A DNA stretch of 64,000 bases from Gekko japonicus. Its lineage: Eukaryota. The stretch covers positions 1,820,548-1,884,547 of the forward strand of contig NW_015174844.1 in NCBI RefSeq assembly GCF_001447785.1, read 5' to 3'. Below, piece by piece: positions 11,933-26,026 of the stretch. Under the pieces are notes generated by a model, which saw only the letters and a list, made by a program, of their open reading frames with translations, ran no database searches and was not told the origin of the DNA. The stretch's first letter is position 1. Each line of letters starts with the position of its first letter. The translations under genes were made by a program, and so were the position numbers.

Positions 11933-12612
11933 TGTCACGACAGAGCCAGGGGGCTGGGCAGAGAGGGAGAATCAATAGGCAAGTCCAGGAGTCAGCCAGA
12001 GAGATCAACAAGAGTCCAAGCAAATGGTTCTAAATACACAAAGCCAAGCCGTAGTCAAACGTTACCGATAGTCAGAGTACAAGCCAGTATCGTAGTCAGG
12101 AAGCGTAGCCGGGGATCGAGAGCCAGAGGGGTCACCAAAACACAGACTGGATTCAGGAACCGGGAGATCAGTCAAGAGCCAAAACAGAGTTAGAGGTGCA
12201 AAGCTTCTGGTCCATGGACTAGTTTGCCAGCACAGTTTGCTAGCAGCCAGCGGTCTCTTCAAATAGTGTGCTGGGTCGTTATCTCGTTAGCATTCCTTTG
12301 CAAAGTCCTTGCTTCTGTCAGTAATCTGGACTTAATGATCGCCATCCGCGCAAGCGTGCCTCCTTGCGCCTGGTTGCCAGATCCCGGCATCTCTGATTTC
12401 TCAGCCGGTCAACAGGTGGTGGAAAATCAGGTGGCGAGCTGCTGGGGCCAGGTATTGCCTGATCAGCTTCAGGTGCCAGCTGTCCTGTGGTTTGGTGTTC
12501 ATCCTCCCCTGCACTTAGGTTTGGTGAGGACTCTTGTGCTTCTGAGGTTGTTAAAGGTGCAGAGTCCTCATTTTCATGGCTCCCAAGTGCCGGGTCGGGG
12601 ACAAGCATGACA
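11933..12612. mobile_element. Solo LTR (680 bp) inserted in the 3' end of an old LINE
   Basis: Termini TGTCACG...CATGACA; flanks ATGGG/CTGGG (5-bp TSD with one mismatch); GC-richer than the flanks. Confidence 0.7.
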
Positions 12613-12999
12613 CTGGGCACATTCTAAATAAACTTTTGAACCAGTTCATTATAAATTTTCCCAGTACAGAGGAGGAATGTATTAATTTTTTGTTGGCTGA
12701 TGCTATCCCAGATGTTACTCTTAAGATGTTATTTTCCTGTCCTTAAATGTAAGGAAGAATCTTGGCTGCTCCTACAAAAATTTTAGCCAAACTATAATTA
12801 GTCTAAATTTTAATGTTCAGTTCTTTTATTGTACCAATTATTAGTATATATATTTTAAATGCTGTTTATTTTATTTTGCTATGCTGGAATGTTTTAATTC
12901 TCTGCCTAGATGTGAATTGCATATATGGGGGTTATTTGTTGGGTTGTTATGACCTATGGCTATGACAAATAAATATTTTGACTTTGACCCAGTACAATA

Positions 13000-13790
13000 A
13001 AATTATCTGCTTTAGTGACCTCCTTTATTTCCTTCTCCATCTCAAGATTAGCCTCAAGGGATTGATCAGGTGGGTGATAGTATACCCCCACTTTAAGTAA
13101 TCCTTAGGGCCCAGTATTTCCACCCATATTGCTTCTGTTGGGGAGTGAATGCCCCTGATGTTTTCTAACATGTTTGATTCTATGCCCTCTCAGGTGTACA
13201 ATGGAATAACTCCACCAACCCACCCCTCCTTGTCCTGACTATAGAGCTTATACCCAGGAATGTCTGTATTTCATATATTTTCTCTATTCCACCATGTTTC
13301 TGAGGTACCTACTGTATCTAAATTGTTGTTGAACACCAAGTACTCCAGCTCCCCCATCTTGGCTCGGAGACTTCCTCTCCAGCAGTCCTCACCTCCCTCT
13401 GCCTTTTTGTTGCCACACATGGCCCTCCTTTGCCACTCTACCCTCACTCCCAAGTTCTATTGTGCAGCTATCAATATTAACCTGAATGGTTACTCGGTTG
13501 TCCCTTTGGACTGACTTTTCCTGAACTGGAGACTCCCCAGCTCTCTCCCTGGGTTTAGTTTAAAATCTGCTCTACTACCTTTTTTATATTAATTGCCAGC
13601 AGTCTGGGAACATTTTGGTTCAAGTGAAGCCTGTCTTTTTTGTACAGATTTGGCTTGTCCCAAAAAGTTCCCCAGTGCTTAGCAAATCTAAACTCTTCCT
13701 CCCAGCACCACTTTCTCATCCACACATTGAGACCCTTGATCTGTGCATGTCTAGCTGGCCCTGCCCATGAAACTGATAGTGAACGTTCAA
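13000..13790 (-). mobile_element. CR1 LINE fragment (ORF1 esterase C-terminus plus ORF2 endonuclease N-terminus)
   Basis: ORF 13555..13848: LNVWMRKWC..HWGTFW..DRLHLN (SGNH esterase-like ORF1). ORF 13271..13453: SLRAKMGELE..GTSETWW (CR1 endonuclease). Confidence 0.8.
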
Positions 13791-14946
13791 AAAAAAAAAA
13801 AAGCTGGAGATCGCCCGCGTGGGTGAAAAACGGTGGGAAAAAGCACATCGGAACTGGGAGAGGAAACTGAAGACTACTTGAAAGTGGTTGACAGGTAAAA
13901 TGCTTCAGCCCCGTTTCCTAAACGGGACAGAAGCATTTGTGTGTGAAATTACAAGTATATTCCGGTAGGGAACTGGTTCTAAAACGGTTCTGTCTGAAAT
14001 GACAGACCAGAAACCGTTTGGGAACCGTTCCTCTTCTGGATTATACCGTCTGTCTGAAATTCCTCAACTTCTCGCAGTGGTTAACCAGATGCCTCTACAA
14101 AGCCTACAGGCAGGAAATGAGGGCAACAGCTTCGTCCGTCAGTTATATCCCAGCAACTAGTTTACTGTTGCTGAACGTGAAGATTTGTGTTTAACCAGTG
14201 ATGCCTATTAGCCATTGATAGACTTAAATCTGTCCAGTCCCCTTGCCTTAGAGCTGCTCAGGTATCATGACTTAAATAGCCATTGATAGAATTTTCCTCC
14301 ATAAATCTGTTTAATCCTTTTCAAAGCCATGTGAGCTAGTGAACATACTCACATGCATCTTGTAATAATTCAACAAGAAGTTAAAAAGATGGTTTGTGCA
14401 AGGAGGATTTTCCCAATCAATTTATATAACAAAACTATTAACTAAAAATAAGGATGAAATCCAATATACACTTACTTAGGAGTAAGTCCTATTGAAATTA
14501 GAAGAAGCTACTTCTGAATAGACATAGACAGGATCAGGCTGCACATTTATTTTTCACTAAGCCTTCCCTTATGGCACTAAGGTCTATTTCTCGGGTCATT
14601 GCAGCTATCAAATCACATAGGTATTTTCTACAGAGGGACAGGCTTGTGCGGTTTCCCTGTTGCTCTTGTGACTGCTGATATAGCAAGTGGCATGAAAGCT
14701 GAGAATTCAGACAACCAGTTACAGATATATGTGGTCCCGCAAAGCTCTGATGTCTTCCAGGAGTTTATTCCACCAGTACAGAGCTGCCACTGAGAAGGCC
14801 CTGGCCCTTGTCACAGCCAGCCTGGCTCCTCTGGGGCCTGGCAGGGCCAGACAGTTTTGAGACCCTGATCATAGTGCTCTCTGGGGAACATGTGGGGAAA
14901 GGTGGTCCCTTAGGTATGCAGGTCCCTGACCATATAGCAGGGGTGT

Positions 14947-15305
14947 CGAACTCATTTGTTATGAGGACCGGATCTGAGATAGATGAGACCTTGTTGGCCT
15001 GAGCCATGTGTGTCATAAAATGTAATGCCAAGTAACGAAGATATAAACTTTATAAAGGACTGTCATGACTCCCAGGGGGGTCGCCACCTCCAGCTGCCAC
15101 CACTCTGGACTTCGGATCCCTTGAGAAGGCCCAGAGTACCTTCCCAAGCCCACCCAAATGCCCCCTTTTAAGCCAAGAACATAGGCGTGATGACCAGGCA
15201 GAGAACACTTGAATGGTTTATTAACACAGTACAGGGGCAAGGAAAACAAGACAAGGTGCTTTTAAATATATAACAGTGTTTAAAGGCAAAATAAACGAGT
15301 CTACC
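14947..15305 (+). repeat. Copy 1 of a ~359-bp direct duplication (hAT end plus start of solo LTR); copy 2 is at 26027-26384
   Basis: Colinear alignment by eye, ~26 substitutions and 1 indel (~93% identity). Both copies contain the same hAT/LTR junction AAGGAC|TGTCATGA. Confidence 0.92.
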
Positions 15306-15326
15306 AATTATACAAATGAGTCTACC

Positions 15327-18300
15327 TTGCGAAAAAAATATCATAATCTTTCCCTTGAAGCATTAAGCTTAATTTACCCATTTCTGCTATTTCTAGTAAT
15401 TTACAAGCTAATTCTTCTTTTGTGGGAAGTTCTCGTTTCCAGTGTTTGGTTAGTAGAATTCTAGCAAATGTTCGAATGTAAATTAACATATATTTATCCT
15501 TCTGTTTACAGCATTCCGGGAGCATATTTAACAAAACTATTTCAGGAGACAAAACTATATTTACATTCATTATTTCTAATATTAGTTTCTGTATCATCTT
15601 CCAATAATTACATACTCTATCACACCGCCACCACATGTGGAAGAATGTTCCCACATTTGTCTTGCATTTCCAACAGTTTTTGGATAGTGAAGGGTTATAT
15701 TTAGCTATCCTATCTGGTGACCAATACCAATGATGAAATACTTTATAAATGTTTTCCTTATAACTAGTAGCCCTCATATTTTAACGCTTTCCAAGTCTTT
15801 GCCCATTTATCTATATCAATACAATAACCCAAACCCTTCATCCATGTCACCATTGATGAGTTAACGGTTTCATCTTGTGTATATTCTTCTAATAGAAATT
15901 TATAAAGCTTCTGTATCATTTTATCATTTGTTGAGAGCCATATCTTGTCTAATTGTAGCTTGGATTCTTGAAATCCTATTATCATATCTATAGAGTATCT
16001 AGACTGGAGTTGTAATGTTTCCCACCAAGTTAATTTAATCTTTTGTAGAGATAGTAGGTTCTTTTCTGACTTTATTACTCTTATCTAACAGTATTTCATA
16101 GCTTACTCTATCGCATGTGTTGATAAGGGAAGGCTTTATAAATGCTTCTAGAGGAGATACCCACTTTGGAGCTTTATTATAATATCTATCTATCTTTTAT
16201 TTCATTCCAAATCCATAGAAGTGCTCCTCTTATCACATGGTGTCTAAAGTTAGAGTGAATCTTGTCCTTCCCATACCACACATACGCGTGCCATCCCATA
16301 TTAAGGTCATGCCCTTCTAGATTTAAAACTCTAATCTTTTCCAAGGTTAAACATTCTTTTATCCAACTTAGGGCTGTTGCCTGATAATACAATTTCCAAT
16401 TAGGCAGTCCAAAGCCCCCCCTTTCCTTTCTATCATGAAAAATCTTCCATTTAATCCTTGCCTGCTCAGGATACTAAATAAACGTTTTAATAATTTTGTC
16501 TATTTCTATGAAAAATCGAGTATTTTTTAATATAGGTATATTTTGGGCTAGGAAAAGAAATTTCGGGAGGATATTCATTTTTATGGCCGCTATTCTGCCT
16601 AATAGGGATAACTGCATGTCTTTCCATTGTTTTAAATCTTTGCTAATTTCCTCAAGTAGCTTATAGTAATTATCTTCTATGAGTGTGTTGTTCTTACTAG
16701 GTAGTATTATTCCTAAATATTTAACTTTCTTCACTATCTCCACTTCTGTAATCTTTTATATCTCCTGTGTTGTTGTGGGTTCACAGTTTTTTGTTATTAT
16801 TTTGGTTTTTTCACATTAATTTTAAATCCAACTACCTCTCCATACTCCTGTATTGTTCCTAATAAGTGTGTAATTGATGTTGTTGGGTTTTCCATTGTAA
16901 AAACAATATCATCTGCAAAGGCCAGTAGTTTGAATTCTTCTCCTTTCACTCTTAAGCACTGTATTTGTGTACTTTCTCTAACATTATCATTCAATGTTTT
17001 GAGAGCAAAAATGAATAGTAAAGGTGATAAGGGACATCCCTGATGTGTACCCTTTTGGATCTCAATATTTGCTGACATATCACCATTGATGATTACATTA
17101 GCATATTGTTTCTCATATATTTCTTGTATCATTGTTAGAAATTGCATTCCATGATCCCAGATCTTAAGTTTTTGAAGTATAAACTCCCAAGATATATTAT
17201 CAGAGGCCTTCTCCGCATCTAGAAACTTTAGTGCCATTTGTTTCTCTGGGTGTTGTTCATAATATTCTATGACATTTAAGATTGTTTGCATATTACTTTT
17301 AATTTGTATTCTTGGTAGAAAACCCGCTTGATCTTGATGAATTATTTGTGATAACACTTTCTTTAGTCTTGTCCCTAAGACATTTGCATATGTCTTATAG
17401 TCCGCATTCAGGAATGAAATCGGTCTATAGTTTTTAATATCCTTGTCATCTGGTTTATGTATTAACGTAATTACTGCTTGGTGCCATGTATTTGGTAATT
17501 TTCCATTTAGCCTTATATTTTGAATAAGTTCTTTAAATGGTATGCTAATCTGATCTTCAAAAGTTTGATAAATTTCTATGGGCAAACCATCTGGTCCCGG
17601 CACTTTTTTCTTCTTTTGTTTTTTAATTGCTTCCATTATTTCACAAATTGAGATCCTTTCATTCAATATAGATCTGTACTTCTCTTTGATCTTTTTAGCA
17701 GTTCTTTTTTGAAGGAATTTAGTTATTTGGTCACTTTTTTGGGTTTCCTGTTTGTATAAATTTTGATTAAAAAATTCTATTATTTCTTTCATTTCTTGCA
17801 AACTATATTTTAGTTCACCTTTTCGTTTTTTAAGACAGGTATTATACGCTTTCCCCTTTCTTTCCTAAGTCTATACGCTAGCCATCTAGTCGGCTTATTT
17901 GCATTTTCAAAATAATATAATTTTGTATATTCTATACTCCTTGCTATTTCTTAACACTAGATTCATTTCATGCTGTAACATATTTAATTTATCCCTTCCC
18001 TCTTTGGACTCTGACTTTTTAAGTTTATCTTCCTCCCTTTTAATTTGTGACCCTAGTTTTTCATACATTTCTTTTCTTATTTCTTCATGCCTCCTGACTA
18101 ATACACCACTTATAAACGCTTTGAAGGTGTCCCATACGGTTCCTATAAATATCTCAGGTTGCATATTTCTTTTGAAGAAGTCTTGAATTTCCAGTTTCTT
18201 TTTTTATAAACTCATGATCTCTTAATAGACCTAAATTCATTTTCCATCTAGTTTTCTTCCTTATTTCTTTAAACGCAAGTAATACTGGACTATGATCGGC

Positions 18301-21300
18301 AAATGTTTTTGGTAGGATCTCCGCTTCCAAGATTTCATGCAGCCTGCTAGATGACATCCATGCCATGTCAATTCTTGACCACAAATTATGTCTGGCAGAA
18401 TAATATGTAAAGTCTTTTGTCTCTATATCTCTGGTTCTCCAGATATCAATTAAACTATGCTCTTCTGCCATGTCCAAAAAGATTTTTGGTAATACCTGGC
18501 CTGATATTTTCTTTTTCCTTGAGAATTACTTCCTGTCTACTTCTGAGTCAAAAACCACATTGAAATCCCCCATAATACAAAAATTGTCAAAGTGTTGACT
18601 ATTTACAAATTCATATTGGACTTTAAAGAAAGGTTCTTGGTTTTGGTTTGGGGCATGTATATTTATTATCAGATTCTCTCTCTCCTGTCTTCTTATTTTT
18701 ATTGCAACCACCCTTCCATCATCGGTAGCTAGTATTAGTTCAGGAGAGAGAGATTCCTTAGCATAGGTTACTACCCCACTTTTTCCCTTCCTATCTACTG
18801 CTATAAATTCTGTACCTAATTTCCTACATATTAAATTTTTCCATCTTTTTTTTAATGTGAGTTTCTTGAACACATACCACATCTGCTTGTAATTTAGAGA
18901 TTTGATGTAGAATTTTCCTTCTTTTCTGTGGACTGTTCACATTTATCGAAGCAATTTTGAAACTATTTTCCCTTAACATATTTATTTTTTTAAGCTTTAC
19001 TCTTATATTGGAATCTTGTTAAGATTCGAGATGGATTGGGGCTTCCGGTCGTGCCAAGATGGCGAATTAGAGCACTCCTGCGATTCCGCGGGGTGGTCGA
19101 CGGCTTCTTTTGACAGTTTGGGCAGTTTCCAGCCCAACGCAGCGTTTCCCGGAGAGGGGAAACGACAAGCAGGCAGCAGTACCCAAGTGGGAGTCGAGAT
19201 TGGCTTGATTGAGCTTCAGAAGAAGCATTTATCAGGCTTTGATCTCCTCCCCCGAAGAGGGTGAATTGCCAATCAGCACTCCAAGAGCCGATCGAGCTGG
19301 GATACCAGCATAAATCCGTCGTCAGCCGACTTCTTTAACAAGGGGAAACGTGAGTGAGTGAAAAGAAGCAATGCATGACCCAAGATAAACAAACTAGATA
19401 ACAAAGACGTTCCGCTTACCGAGACTCTGTTGTTATTTAATTTTGAACGAGCGGATGAGCGGGTGGCGAGCTAATTGTCCCAGTGATTAATTCCAGAAAG
19501 AATCTGAGTTGTTTTAAGACTGTAAAAGCGGAAAAATAAGGATTGTTGAACATTCCTGTGGCTAGTGAGAGATAAACGCATAGCCGAAAACGAAACTGAT
19601 GGGAGGTATCGCGGGAAGAAAAAGGGTTGGTCTCAGAGTGTAAGAACGAAAACCTTCCGGCGGAAACCAACCAGTGAGGGTGAAGCCTAGACGTGATTCT
19701 GGAAACCGAAAGGTGATTGGAGATATTAAGGTGAGGAACCGGATATGCACGGAAGCGCATAGACGGGACCCGGAACTGCAGAAACTGACCTACTCTACCC
19801 CGAAAACCATAGAGGCTTTGCGCCCGACATTTTGAGGAGGACTCAATTTTGATTTGCTTTTTNNNNNNNNNNNNNNNNNNNNNNNNNNNNNNNNNNNNNN
19901 NNNNNNNNNNNNNNNNNNNNNNNNNNNNNNNNNNNNNNNNNNNNNNNNNNNNNNNNNNNNNNNNNNNNNNNNNNNNNNNNNNNNNNNNNNNNNNNNNNNN
20001 NNNNNNNNNNNNNNNNNNNNNNNNNNNNNNNNNNNNNNNNNNNNNNNNNNNNNNNNNNNNNNNNNNNNNNNNNNNNNNNNNNNNNNNNNNNNNNNNNNNN
20101 NNNNNNNNNNNNNNNNNNNNNNNNNNNNNNNNNNNNNNNNNNNNNNNNNNNNNNNNNNNNNNNNNNNNNNNNNNNNNNNNNNNNNNNNNNNNNNNNNNNN
20201 NNNNNNNNNNNNNNNNNNNNNNNNNNNNNNNNNNNNNNNNNNNNNNNNNNNNNNNNNNNNNNNNNNNNNNNNNNNNNNNNNNNNNNNNNNNNNNNNNNNN
20301 NNNNNNNNNNNNNNNNNNNNNNNNNNNNNNNNNNNNNNNNNNNNNNNNNNNNNNNNNNNNNNNNNNNNNNNNNNNNNNNNNNNNNNNNNNNNNNNNNNNN
20401 NNNNNNNNNNNNNNNNNNNNNNNNNNNNNNNNNNNNNNNNNNNNNNNNNNNNNNNNNNNNNNNNNNNNNNNNNNNNNNNNNNNNNNNNNNNNNNNNNNNN
20501 NNNNNNNNNNNNNNNNNNNNNNNNNNNNNNNNNNNNNNNNNNNNNNNNNNNNNNNNNNNNNNNNNNNNNNNNNNNNNNNNNNNNNNNNNNNNNNNNNNNN
20601 NNNNNNNNNNNNNNNNNNNNNNNNNNNNNNNNNNNNNNNNNNNNNNNNNNNNNNNNNNNNNNNNNNNNNNNNNNNNNNNNNNNNNNNNNNNNNNNNNNNN
20701 NNNNNNNNNNNNNNNNNNNNNNNNNNNNNNNNNNNNNNNNNNNAAGGGCAACAAAAGTAGTGGAAAATTGCCAAAGAATTTTTTTTGAACCAGTAAAACA
20801 AGAGAAATTGGTAGACGTGTGGAGAAGGTGGAATCCTACAAAAAAAGGTTTCACCTTCTATTCTAACAGACATTGTTCTTTTTCCAGGATTGACATGATT
20901 TGGATATCTGAGGAGCTATCAATAAAAACACATAAAATTGAGATTTTGCCTAAAAGTATTTCGGACCACAATCCACTGTTGTGGAGTTCAAAGGAAAAGA
21001 ATAAGCACCTTTTATGGAGAATAAACGAAGATTTGCTGGACAAGAAAGCTATTGTAGAGTTACTGAAGGAAGAAACAAAATTCTTTTTTCAACAAAACTT
21101 AAATCAGGAAACTCCTATACAGGTGGTCTGGGACACATATAAAGCGGTGATGAGAGGAATTCTCATCTCACAAAATGCAAGGCAAAAGAGAGAGAACTTT
21201 AAAAAACAACAGGAAATATTGGACAAAATAACACAAAAAGAAGCAGAACTTAAGAAGAGACCTGGGAAAAAGACAATTATCAGAGAACTACAGTTATTGA

Positions 21301-24300
21301 GAGAACAATTGAATGTGACTTTGAACATGGCAAATAAACCGGGGAAATATTTGGCTTGGCAATTGAAAAACAGAAAAGAAAGAAGATTAATTTCTAAAAT
21401 TGTGGAACAAGGAAAAGAATTCATTGATCCTAATGGAATAAAAAGAAGCTTCTTTAAATACTATGCAAAACTCTTCCAAAAGACAAAAGTTGATCCGGAA
21501 AAGATTAAGAATTATTTGGACACTATATTGATACCAAAGTCACAAGGCGAAGTCAAGGACATATTGAATGGTCGTATTCAAAAAGAAGAATTGATTAAGG
21601 CAATAGAAGAAACGAAATTGGGTAAAGCACCAGGTCCGGACGGATTTACTGCAAAGTTTTATAAAACACTGAAAGAAGAATTAGTTCCGGCCCTGGAAAC
21701 ATTATCCAACGACATACGAGATACTAAGAGAGTACCTGAGACGTGGAAAGAAGCAATTATATCACTGATACCAAAAGAAGGACAACACCTAACTAATGTT
21801 AGGAACTACAGACCGATTTCGCTCTTGAATAATGATTATAAGATTTTTGCCAAAGTTATAGCAGAAAGGGTGAAAAACCATTTGAAAGAGGCAATNNNNN
21901 NNNNNNNNNNNNNNNNNNNNNNNNNNNNNNNNNNNNNNNNNNNNNNNNNNNNNNNNNNNNNNNNNNNNNNNNNNNNNNNNNNNNNNNNNNNNNNNNNNNN
22001 NNNNNNNNNNNNNNNNNNNNNNNNNNNNNNNNNNNNNNNNNNNNNNNNNNNNNNNNNNNNNNNNNNNNNNNNNNNNNNNNNNNNNNNNNNNNNNNNNNNN
22101 NNNNNNNNNNNNNNNNNNNNNNNNNNNNNNNNNNNNNNNNNNNNNNNNNNNNNNNNNNNNNNNNNNNNNNNNNNNNNNNNNNNNNNNNNNNNNNNNNNNN
22201 NNNNNNNNNNNNNNNNNNNNNNNNNNNNNNNNNNNNNNNNNNNNNNNNNNNNNNNNNNNNNNNNNNNNNNNNNNNNNNNNNNNNNNNNNNNNNNNNNNNN
22301 NNNNNNNNNNNNNNNNNNNNNNNNNNNNNNNNNNNNNNNNNNNNNNNNNNNNNNNNNNNNNNNNNNNNNNNNNNNNNNNNNNNNNNNNNNNNNNNNNNNN
22401 NNNNNNNNNNNNNNNNNNNNNNNNNNNNNNNNNNNNNNNNNNNNNNNNNNNNNNNNNNNNNNNNNNNNNNNNNNNNNNNNNNNNNNNNNNNNNNNNNAGG
22501 CAGAAAGCTGAGGATTAAAATGAAAATTTCATGTGATGCCAAAGAAAGAGGAGGTATGCAGCTACCAAATCTAAGACTATATTATGAAGCAGTCTGTCTA
22601 ACCTGGTTGGAACAATGGGTGAATTTGGAGAATAAAAGACTGCTAACTTTAGAGGGTCATGACTGCAGGTTTGGCTGGCATGCTTATTTATGGTATGGAA
22701 AATCAAAGATGGATGGTTTTTTTGTGCATCACTTGGTGAGAAAAGCATTATTTGTGATTTGGACGAGATACAAAAGATATTTCCGTGAGGAAAGACCACT
22801 TTGGATTGTACCAGCAGAAGTATTGACGCCGTAAGGTATAGACTGGTTGCCGTACAGAGACTTAATTAAAAAGGAGGGAACAGAATGGGTAATAAAAAAG
22901 CAGAATGAACTTCAATATAGATACGTTTGGTTGAAATATATGCAGATTAATGATATTTTTAAAGCAGACAAGAAAAATTATGGTTTTAGAGAGGGAAAAA
23001 ATGAATTGGAAACTATTTGGGAGGTTGGAGGGGGGGAAATGGTTTCTAAGATGTATTAAATTTTGTTGAAATGGCATACAGAAGATGAAACTGTAAAAGA
23101 ACAAATGTTAAAATGGGCAATTAACATGAATAAGGAAGTGACAATAGAGTCGTGGGAATATTTGTGGAAAAATTCTATTAAGATATCGCTGTGTACCAAT
23201 GTAAAAGAGAACTGTTATAAAATGTTACATAGATGGTACATGACGCCTAAGAAAATAGCAAATATGAATCAAAATATGTCTAGTAAATGTTGGAAATGTA
23301 AGAAGCACGAAGGCTCATTTTACCATATGTGGTGGACATGCGATAAAGCTGTGGAATTTTGGACAAAAGTTCACGGCGAAATGCAAAAAATACTGAAATT
23401 TTTCTTTAAAAGAACACCTGAGATTCTGCTTTTAGGACTTAAAATGGAAGGACTAAATCTGAAGAAAAAGACTCTATTCTGGTATTTAATAACAACGGCA
23501 AGAATGGTTTATGCACAATGCTGGAAACAAGAGAAAATACCAGAAATAGAAGACTGGATACAAAAGGTTCTGTTCATGGCAGAAATGGATAAAATAACAA
23601 AAAAACTAAACAACAAGGAAGACCAAGAATTCTTTGAGGAATGGGTTGACTTCAAGATATATCTAGAAAAAAACTGGGATGTAAAAAGAAATTTACTTTG
23701 TTTAGATCAATATTAAGAACAAGATTGTTATAATAAAATATACAAGATTTTTGGAACACACAGGGGAAACGCATTGCGGGAAGCCACTGGAGAAGAGGGA
23801 GGGGGAAAGGAAACGGATTATAACAAAATTGTATTGAACTTGTGAATGTATTAAGAAAATAAAAGTTTCTTGACCAGAAGATTCGAGATGGATTTATTCT
23901 TGGATATCTTTTCCCTTTTTTCTGTTTTATCTATCTTTTTTCCTTGTTCTTGCTCAGTTTTTTCCTCTTCCGTTTCTACCTCCAACTCCTCTTCTACTTC
24001 TTCATTTTCTTCTTCCTTCTGCCAGCCTAACTCCTCTCCATACTGTTCCAAAAAGTTTTCTATTTTAAAAATATGGTCAATCTTTTGTCTTCTACTGTTG
24101 TAAGTAAAGAGTAACCCTTCTGGGATTAACCAACGATAAATAATTCCTTTCTCAAGAGATTTACCAGTGTTCCATAGTTCTGCCTCTTTTCTCTAACGCG
24201 CCATGGTATTTCTTTTAAGAAATTGATCTCCTCTCCTTGTATTATAACTTTCTTTTCATTTGTAGCCTTAAGTACCTTTTAGCCCTCTTTTATAGAATTT

Positions 24301-26026
24301 TATATGCATTTCTCTTGGTTTTCTATTTCTTCTTGCATATGCTGAGTTCCTACGATAGACAGCCTCGATTTCATTGGAGATTTCTTCTTTGGTTCCTATA
24401 CCTAATTGCTCCGTTAGATTTTCTATCACAACCTCCTTTAAATCTTTACATTTTCCGGGATATTCTGGCACCTTAAGATTAGTGCTACCTTATCCATTTC
24501 CATGTGGATCGATTCTTCTATTTTGTCATTTTTTAATTTTAGTTCCTGAAATTCATATTCCAAATCATTTACTTTTTTCTCTGTCTTATAGCTTTTATTT
24601 GTATTTTTTTGTATTTCTAGTCTTTTTTTCATTTATTTGTTTCTTTATTTCTTCTGTCTCAATTCTAATTTGGTCTGTTAATGCATCTATTTTGTCATGT
24701 ATAGGGTCTATTTCTTTTTTCATTGCTTGGGCCACTAATTCTTGTATCATTGCTTTTAGGTCCTTAATTGATAACTGAGTGATACTCATTGTATTGAATT
24801 TTGACTGGGTTTGACTAGGGGAGGATATTGAGGCCTTTCTACTGCTACTACCACCCCCACTTGCCATGGGTTGATTGGTCTTTATTTCCTTTTAAGTTAT
24901 TCACTCAGGCCTCTCCTTTTGCTTATCTAAGGTGTCTCCGTAGTAATAACTCATTGGCTTTCAGTAAAGCTTAAATCTTATGGCTTGCCCAATTAAACAC
25001 AAATCACTACATTGACTGCTCCAGTTTGAAATTCCCTCCCCTGCACCACTGCATTTCTCTTCTGTTTGTCTGCACCTTCGCTTCTATCTCTTTTTCTCCG
25101 CTTTTCTCTCACTGTCCCATCTTGTCCCTTTTCCCAACTATCCAGACACGCCTCCAGTCATGCCTCTTGACTGTTGCTCCACACCTTTGCTCCATGTCTG
25201 CACAACATCGCCGCTTCGTCCCCATTATGATTCTTCATGCTCACCTTGCCTTCCTCTGTCTTCCTCATTCCGCCTTCTTCACTGCACTGCGTCCACGTCT
25301 CACCCCCTTCCTGACCACCGTACTCCTCTCTGTTGCCACTCCTTCCTCCCTGGCTTTTCCACTCCACTCCTCCTGGAGGCCATCAGGACCCGATAGATGC
25401 ACCGTCACTGCAATGGCGCCTGAACTCCGTTAAAGCCACAGTGCTCTGATCGGGATAAAACACAGAGGAAGAAAGAAAAGAAATGGGTTACTTACAGCAT
25501 CTTTCTGTATCAAAGGTATCCGCTTCTTTCCCTTAGTTCTTTACCCTTATATATTACTTCTCCTTATATATATTTTTGTGTTTAGTATTTTCAATGGCTG
25601 TGGGGTTTTTTAGGAGGGTCTCTTGTGCTTTTTTATTCCTTTCATTCCTCTTATGGGCTTTACTATACCACCAACCCCACTCTTCACCCACCCAATAGAA
25701 TACGAAATAGTAGAAATAAAATGCAATTTCACTTAGCTTCGGTATTAATCCTTTCAGTGTTCTTAGACTCATCGATTCTACTTGGTCCCACTGGTGCTCA
25801 GCATTCTGGTTGTCGAGCTTCTTAATGCTCCCCGCTTCAGGGACTGTTAATTCTTTCAGGGACTATGCTTTCACCCCTGAAAGTTCAGAGAGAATCCCCC
25901 TGCCCTGCTCTCTCTTTGTGAGAGCATTTTGAGGCGTTAAAACCGCCTAGGAAGCTATAGGTTTGGCTAAATGTGGAGACCTCTCAACACACATAGCCTC
26001 TCCTCGTGGAACTGGAACCGGATCTC
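15327..26026 (-). mobile_element. L1 LINE 'A' (5'UTR, ORF1, ORF2), degenerate, 3'-truncated, interrupted by L1 'B'
   Basis: ORF1 pieces 23900-24867 (coiled coil, LILRCQNIPE, KPREMHIKF). ORF2 pieces: EN MGDFN..SRIDM..ADHSP; RT PGPDGLP..YRPIS..KGTHQGCPLSP..FADD; C-terminal CWKC..FFHMWWRC. Confidence 0.92.
19038..23877 (+). mobile_element. L1 LINE 'B' with intact 5' end, inserted antisense into L1 'A'; two assembly gaps inside
   Basis: 17-bp TSD AAGATTCGAGATGGATT (19021-19037 / 23878-23894), target TT|AAG. CpG-rich 5'UTR with YY1-type CAAGATGGCG (19055-19064). ORF2 motifs SRIDMIW, SDHNP, PGPDGF, YRPISLLNNDYK, CWKC..HMWWTC. In-frame stops near 22832 and 23057. Confidence 0.95.

Noticed and set aside
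13800-14065. Palindrome-rich segment (AAACGGTTCTGTCTG...CAGACCAGAAACCGTTT)
   Set aside because: Probably one end of a MITE; I could not find a matching terminus or TSD, so no call was made.
19437-22542. Long ORFs of 228-885 aa in the ORF track
   Set aside because: Artefacts of translating through N-runs; only the L1 ORF2 part at 20744-21895 is real.
23851-24051. Glu-rich ORF resembling an acidic protein
   Set aside because: It is the C-terminal part of L1 'A' ORF1 next to the L1 'B' insertion site.
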